Shown here piece after piece: positions 54,098-57,822 of a stretch of 57,822 nucleotides of DNA (positions within the stretch are counted from its first letter, which is position 1; each line of letters opens with the position of its first letter). The notes under the pieces were generated by a model. The model worked only from the letters and a program-made list of their open reading frames with translations. It was not told the origin of the DNA and searched no databases. The DNA comes from a virus (Duplodnaviria > Caudoviricetes): positions 1 to 57,822 of IMG/VR virus record IMGVR_UViG_3300043640_000164; one strand, given 5' to 3'. Both the position numbers and the translations under genes were made by a program.

Positions 54098-54411
54098 TGA
54101 GCGGCTACTACTTCGACAAGGCCGGCGAGCCCATCGACCTGCTGCGCTGGTCGGACCTGCTCTCCGACTTCCGGGGCTACCGCCTCATCACCGAGGACGA
54201 GGCCACCGGCGTCATCACGGTGTGGGTCGGGTTCGACCACGGGCTGCTCTACGGCCGGCCCGAGGACGACGGGCGCCCGCTGATCTTCGCTACACGGCTG
54301 CACAACAACAACGACGTGTTCTCGGCCACGCTCGATGAGGCGAAGGCAGTCCACCAGAGTGCCGTCGCGGTGGCTGCCCTCGCCAGCGCCCGCGAGGAGC
54401 CGGAGGCATGA
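54097..54411 (+). CDS. Conserved phage hypothetical protein (paralog of 3108-3440)
   Basis: YYFD..GEPI, VITVWVGFDH, PLIFAT, TLDEA.A.H. Confidence 0.7.
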   Translation: MSGYYFDKAGEPIDLLRWSDLLSDFRGYRLITEDEATGVITVWVGFDHGLLYGRPEDDGRPLIFATRLHNNNDVFSATLDEAKAVHQSAVAVAALASAREEPEA

Positions 54412-54665
54412 CCGACAAGCGCGAGGTCCCGCACGGGTCCCTGGAGGAGGCCCAGGTCGGCGAGTCCGTCATCTACGGTCTGCTGTGGGGCATCCTGACG
54501 GGGGCTGGCGGCGCGATCAGGGAGAGCTTCAACTACCTCGGGGCCGATGTCCATCGCACCGGCGAGGAGGGCCGCGGGACAGGCGTCCTCTTCGATGGCC
54601 TGACGGTGAAGATGGCCTCGGGCGATTACCGAATCACCGTGGAGCGGACGGCGGTGCGCTCATGA
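54408..54665 (+). CDS. Hypothetical protein
   Basis: ATGA-coupled; GGAGG RBS. Confidence 0.6.
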   Translation: MTDKREVPHGSLEEAQVGESVIYGLLWGILTGAGGAIRESFNYLGADVHRTGEEGRGTGVLFDGLTVKMASGDYRITVERTAVRS

Positions 54666-54985
54666 GCGACGGACGCCCCGTCGAGGTCCATCCGGTGGTC
54701 TTGATGTACGCCTTTCGGTATGCGCTCGGCCGAATGACCTACGCCGTAGGCGACATGGCTGACATCTTGATCGCCAACCGCGAGTCCCTGCGGATCGACT
54801 GGCGCGCGCAGGTCGCGCGCGACATCACGGAGGCGATTGACAACGACGCCGCCGGGATGTCTTGCGACCGTGAGCAGTGGGGACGCGTGCGTGCGGCGCT
54901 GATGCCGACACCGGAGCAACTGACGACGGCGAAGGTCCCGCCGAGCGACTGGCCGTTCCCCCACCCGGAGGAGACCCAGCGATGA
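54662..54985 (+). CDS. Conserved phage hypothetical protein
   Basis: AFRYALGRMTY...RDI...D...W motif. Confidence 0.7.
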   Translation: MSDGRPVEVHPVVLMYAFRYALGRMTYAVGDMADILIANRESLRIDWRAQVARDITEAIDNDAAGMSCDREQWGRVRAALMPTPEQLTTAKVPPSDWPFPHPEETQR

Positions 54986-55281
54986 CCACCCCTGTGACGG
55001 TGCATGTCTGCGAGGGCGAGCACTACTCCAGCGTGTATCGGCCCGGCGACGACGCCAAGCCGGCCCGGTGCTTCTTCTGCGCCAAACCGGCCGTCCCGGT
55101 CCGGGTGGCGGTCGAGCCATTCGTCATCGAGCGGTTGGCGAACGGCTACTGCAAGGCCACGATCAACGACGCCCGAGTGCCCGAGCACCTGCGCTCCTCC
55201 GATGCCTTCCACAACGAGGACGAGGCGCACGAGTGGGCTACGCAAACCATCGACCATGCCGACCGCGGAAGCGATCAGTGA
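54982..55281 (+). CDS. Hypothetical protein
   Basis: ATGA-coupled; C...CFFC. Confidence 0.6.
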   Translation: MTTPVTVHVCEGEHYSSVYRPGDDAKPARCFFCAKPAVPVRVAVEPFVIERLANGYCKATINDARVPEHLRSSDAFHNEDEAHEWATQTIDHADRGSDQ

Positions 55282-55811
55282 AGAACGACATCCCCCTGCC
55301 GGCGAAGGTCCCGGGCAAGCGCCGCGCGCTAGAGGTCGCCCTGGATCTGCACATCGCCATGTGGCTCGATGACGAGACGATCACGCCGAGCGAGCGCCGC
55401 AGGTTGGGGGCCGAGAAGCAGCGGCGCCGACAACTGCGCGCTGCCGGCCGTCGACCCGTCGGCCTGCTGCTGCCGTCACAGGGCGTCACAGCTGCCCAAC
55501 GCGCCGGGATCATGGAGCAGTTGCGCGCGCTGGATCCGACCATCATTTACCACCATGGCGTCTCGGGCGCGATGCATCACGAGTGCAAGTCGCTGGCGCC
55601 GGTGGAGGTTCTGCGCGGCGACGGGATGCTCGGCCATCGGGCGGTGGTCCACCGGTCCGAGGCGATCGTCGCGGCGGTCAAGGAGAACGCTGTGATGCCC
55701 TACGCGACACCGGGGGTCTGGCTGATGATCGGCCTGGCCCGCCACCGCAGCCTTCCTGTTCGCGTCGTGGCACCCAATGGGAAAGAACTAGAACAAGGAG
55801 CAACGACCTGA
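55278..55811 (+). CDS. Degenerate SLOG-like protein
   Basis: GVT.AQ, HHG, VV..S..IVA, GVW..I..AR....V.VV.P.G. Confidence 0.55.
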   Translation: MKNDIPLPAKVPGKRRALEVALDLHIAMWLDDETITPSERRRLGAEKQRRRQLRAAGRRPVGLLLPSQGVTAAQRAGIMEQLRALDPTIIYHHGVSGAMHHECKSLAPVEVLRGDGMLGHRAVVHRSEAIVAAVKENAVMPYATPGVWLMIGLARHRSLPVRVVAPNGKELEQGATT

Positions 55812-56089
55812 TGGCGTGGGAGATCGTGGTAGAGCCCGAGGGTAAGAACCCGGGATCGACGGAGGTCAGCGACGGCCGGGGAGCCAACGAGGGTGGAATG
55901 GTGATCTTCCTCGCTCAGCCCGGCCAGCACCGCAACAGGCAGGAAGTCGCGCGCGTGGCGTTCGAGCGCGCCAATAGCCGGAATCCTGATACCGAGTTCC
56001 ACGAGCAGCTGGAGGCCGAAGTTCACAAGGCGCGCACGGCGGTGAGGCTCCTCAACGAGACCCTTACCGGAGACGGGATGCTCGTATGA
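55811..56089 (+). CDS. Hypothetical protein
   Basis: AAGGAG RBS. Confidence 0.6.
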   Translation: MAWEIVVEPEGKNPGSTEVSDGRGANEGGMVIFLAQPGQHRNRQEVARVAFERANSRNPDTEFHEQLEAEVHKARTAVRLLNETLTGDGMLV

Positions 56090-56493
56090 GCCCCGTCGCG
56101 AAGAAGAGTAAGAGCAAGGCCAAGGGCGAGCCCCAGGCGTGGGATGTTCCGCAGACTGATGGCCCCGGAAGGGTCGTCGTCACTTGCGAGCCGCGCGACG
56201 TGATCGGCGTGAGATGGTTCTGCGGCGGCGGGCGCACGTTCAGCGCCGAGCACCTGGCCCTGTCCATCGACAACCTTGAGCGAGTCCACGGACTCGGTGA
56301 GGACTTGTGGATCAGCTTCCGGGACAGCGAGGGGGCGCGGTTCGCAGCGCGCGTGGTCGACGGCGAGTTCTATGCCGATGACGAGATCAGCCAGAGCGCA
56401 GGTCACGTTTCATGGGCGGCGCTCCTCGATGCCCTGAAGAACGCGCTGCGTCCCGCGCCGGCCGCCCGCGCTCGCGCGAGGAAGTCGACGTGA
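56086..56493 (+). CDS. Hypothetical protein
   Basis: ATGA-coupled ORF. Confidence 0.6.
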   Translation: MSPVAKKSKSKAKGEPQAWDVPQTDGPGRVVVTCEPRDVIGVRWFCGGGRTFSAEHLALSIDNLERVHGLGEDLWISFRDSEGARFAARVVDGEFYADDEISQSAGHVSWAALLDALKNALRPAPAARARARKST

Positions 56494-56945
56494 CGGTCAA
56501 CCCCCTGGTGTTCACGGTCTGGGAGGACGAGCGGGAGCTGGCCGCCGTGGTCACCTGCGCGGCCGGCGTAGAGGCTTTGCGCTCCGCAGGTATGAGCACG
56601 GTAGCTGCGACTCGCCTGATGACGAGCGCGGCTGACGAGGCGCCGATGGCCTACGTCGTTCACGGTTTCAAGCACAAGTACACAATCCTTGCCGACGACG
56701 AACCCGCGACCCTCCGACTTCTACATGATCTCGGGATTGGGCCAGAGCCGATGTTTCCCGGAACGAGTGCTGCACGCGATGCCGGTTGTATCTGTGCCTC
56801 TGATCAGCCGGAGGCACATGCGCTGGTCCCTCTCTACTCCTTCGATCGCGACTGCCCTCTCCATGGCACCGGCGACTGGCTTCGCCACGTGCGAACGCCC
56901 CCGATCTTGGCCACCCCCTACACGAAAGGCATGGCGATTCCCTAG
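56490..56945 (+). CDS. Hypothetical protein with a C-terminal GC.C...CPLH motif
   Basis: GTGA-coupled ORF. Confidence 0.6.
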   Translation: MTVNPLVFTVWEDERELAAVVTCAAGVEALRSAGMSTVAATRLMTSAADEAPMAYVVHGFKHKYTILADDEPATLRLLHDLGIGPEPMFPGTSAARDAGCICASDQPEAHALVPLYSFDRDCPLHGTGDWLRHVRTPPILATPYTKGMAIP

Positions 56946-57203
56946 GACAGTTACACGCCGAGCGCCAGCAGAACTCCTGCCCGCTCGACACCGGCCGCTC
57001 CGGCCCTGAAGCCCGAGTGGTCGTAGACCGCCGGAAGCCGCTGTGCGAGCGGTAGCCCGGAACGGGGTGCTATTGCGGACCCACACACGAAGCTATACCC
57101 CGTAGCCCGGCGGGCGGGGGTGATGCCCCGCCCGCCGCACCTACCTCGACCAGCGAGACCCCATCATGGACCACGACACCTTCACCCCGAGAAGGACTAG
57201 GCA

Positions 57204-57671
57204 ATGGACACCAACTACCTGATGCGCTTCGTGCGCGAGTCCAACGCCATCGAGCGCATCCTGCGCCTGCCGACCGGGGACGAGATCGCCCAGCACGTTG
57301 TACTCCTAGGCCGTGAGCGCCTGACCGTGCGCGACATTGAGGACTTTGTTCACCACGTCGCGGACGCCCGGCTGCGGTGCAGGGCCGGGATGGACGTGTT
57401 CATCAACGGCACGCCGCCGTACATTCCCCCGCCGGGCGGGGCCGACATCGAGACTGCGCTGACCTCGCTGTTGGAGGACATCAACCTTGCGCGCCTGACC
57501 CCGTGGGAGGCGCACTGCGAGTACGAGACCCTGCACCCGTTCACCGATGGCAACGGCCGCTCTGGTCGCGCCATCTGGTTGTGGCACATGCAATCGCTCG
57601 GACGCGACCCCTTCCGGTTCTCATTCCTGCACGAGTTCTACTACCAGTCGTTGGCGGGGTCCCGGACATGA
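57204..57671 (+). CDS. Fic-domain protein
   Basis: ESNAIE; intact HPFTDGNGRSGR motif. Confidence 0.92.
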   Translation: MDTNYLMRFVRESNAIERILRLPTGDEIAQHVVLLGRERLTVRDIEDFVHHVADARLRCRAGMDVFINGTPPYIPPPGGADIETALTSLLEDINLARLTPWEAHCEYETLHPFTDGNGRSGRAIWLWHMQSLGRDPFRFSFLHEFYYQSLAGSRT

Positions 57672-57677
57672 CCGATC

Positions 57678-57803
57678 CTGCGAGCAAGGCGAGACAGCTG
57701 GCCGCTGCCGCTGACGAGCGGTGGGCGGGGCTGGCCACGCAGACCCGTGAGGCGCACGGGCGTCTGGACGCGGCAGGGGTCGGGCGCGTTGACCATGAGG
57801 GCA
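57678..57803. repeat. Terminal direct repeat, copy 2
   Basis: Identical to 1-126. Confidence 0.97.
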
Positions 57804-57822
57804 AATGATACGGCGACCACCG
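57804..57822 (+). other. Illumina P5 adapter remnant (artefact)
   Basis: AATGATACGGCGACCACCG. Confidence 0.97.

Noticed and set aside
1-57677. Genome-wide TAG recoding (genetic code 15)
   Set aside because: Core genes are intact in code 11 and TAG ends proteins at natural C-termini such as SSB DDIPF and the capsid
57804-57822. Unique 19 nt after the terminal repeat
   Set aside because: Matches the Illumina P5 adapter; technical artefact

Overview
The window is an apparently complete, circular, GC-rich temperate phage genome with a unit length of about 57,677 bp. Positions 1-126 repeat exactly at 57678-57803, and the last 19 nt are Illumina P5 adapter. The gene content suggests an actinobacterial host (inference). 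The virion is an HK97-fold head with a contractile (myovirus) tail. Layout: (i) a + strand early/accessory arm (49.6-57.7 kb, continuing through 1-10.8 kb) with XRE regulators, a ParB-like protein, a wHTH-HicA-like fusion, a tRNA-like gene, two SLOG proteins, Fic, NADAR, a lipoprotein and a terminal large serine recombinase; (ii) a - strand replication/recombination arm (10.9-20.8 kb) with a C5 methyltransferase, AAA helicase, EndoVII, SSB, PD-(D/E)XK exonuclease, RecT-like protein and a double-HTH Cro-like gene opposite a repressor; (iii) a - strand late arm (21.7-49.4 kb) with tail, baseplate, head, terminase, ParB-methyltransferase, HNH and lysis genes. The most unusual signals are a tRNA-like gene with a distorted, possibly CUA anticodon arm, frequent in-frame stop-to-start gene junctions, two bidirectional iteron-like arrays, an antisense promoter with a Trp-rich micro-ORF, a ParB/wHTH-HicA/wHTH operon, a histone-H1-like/HARE-HTH protein, a collagen-fibre spike and a terminase large subunit lacking an obvious start. 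All product calls come from motif recognition by eye; no database search was run.
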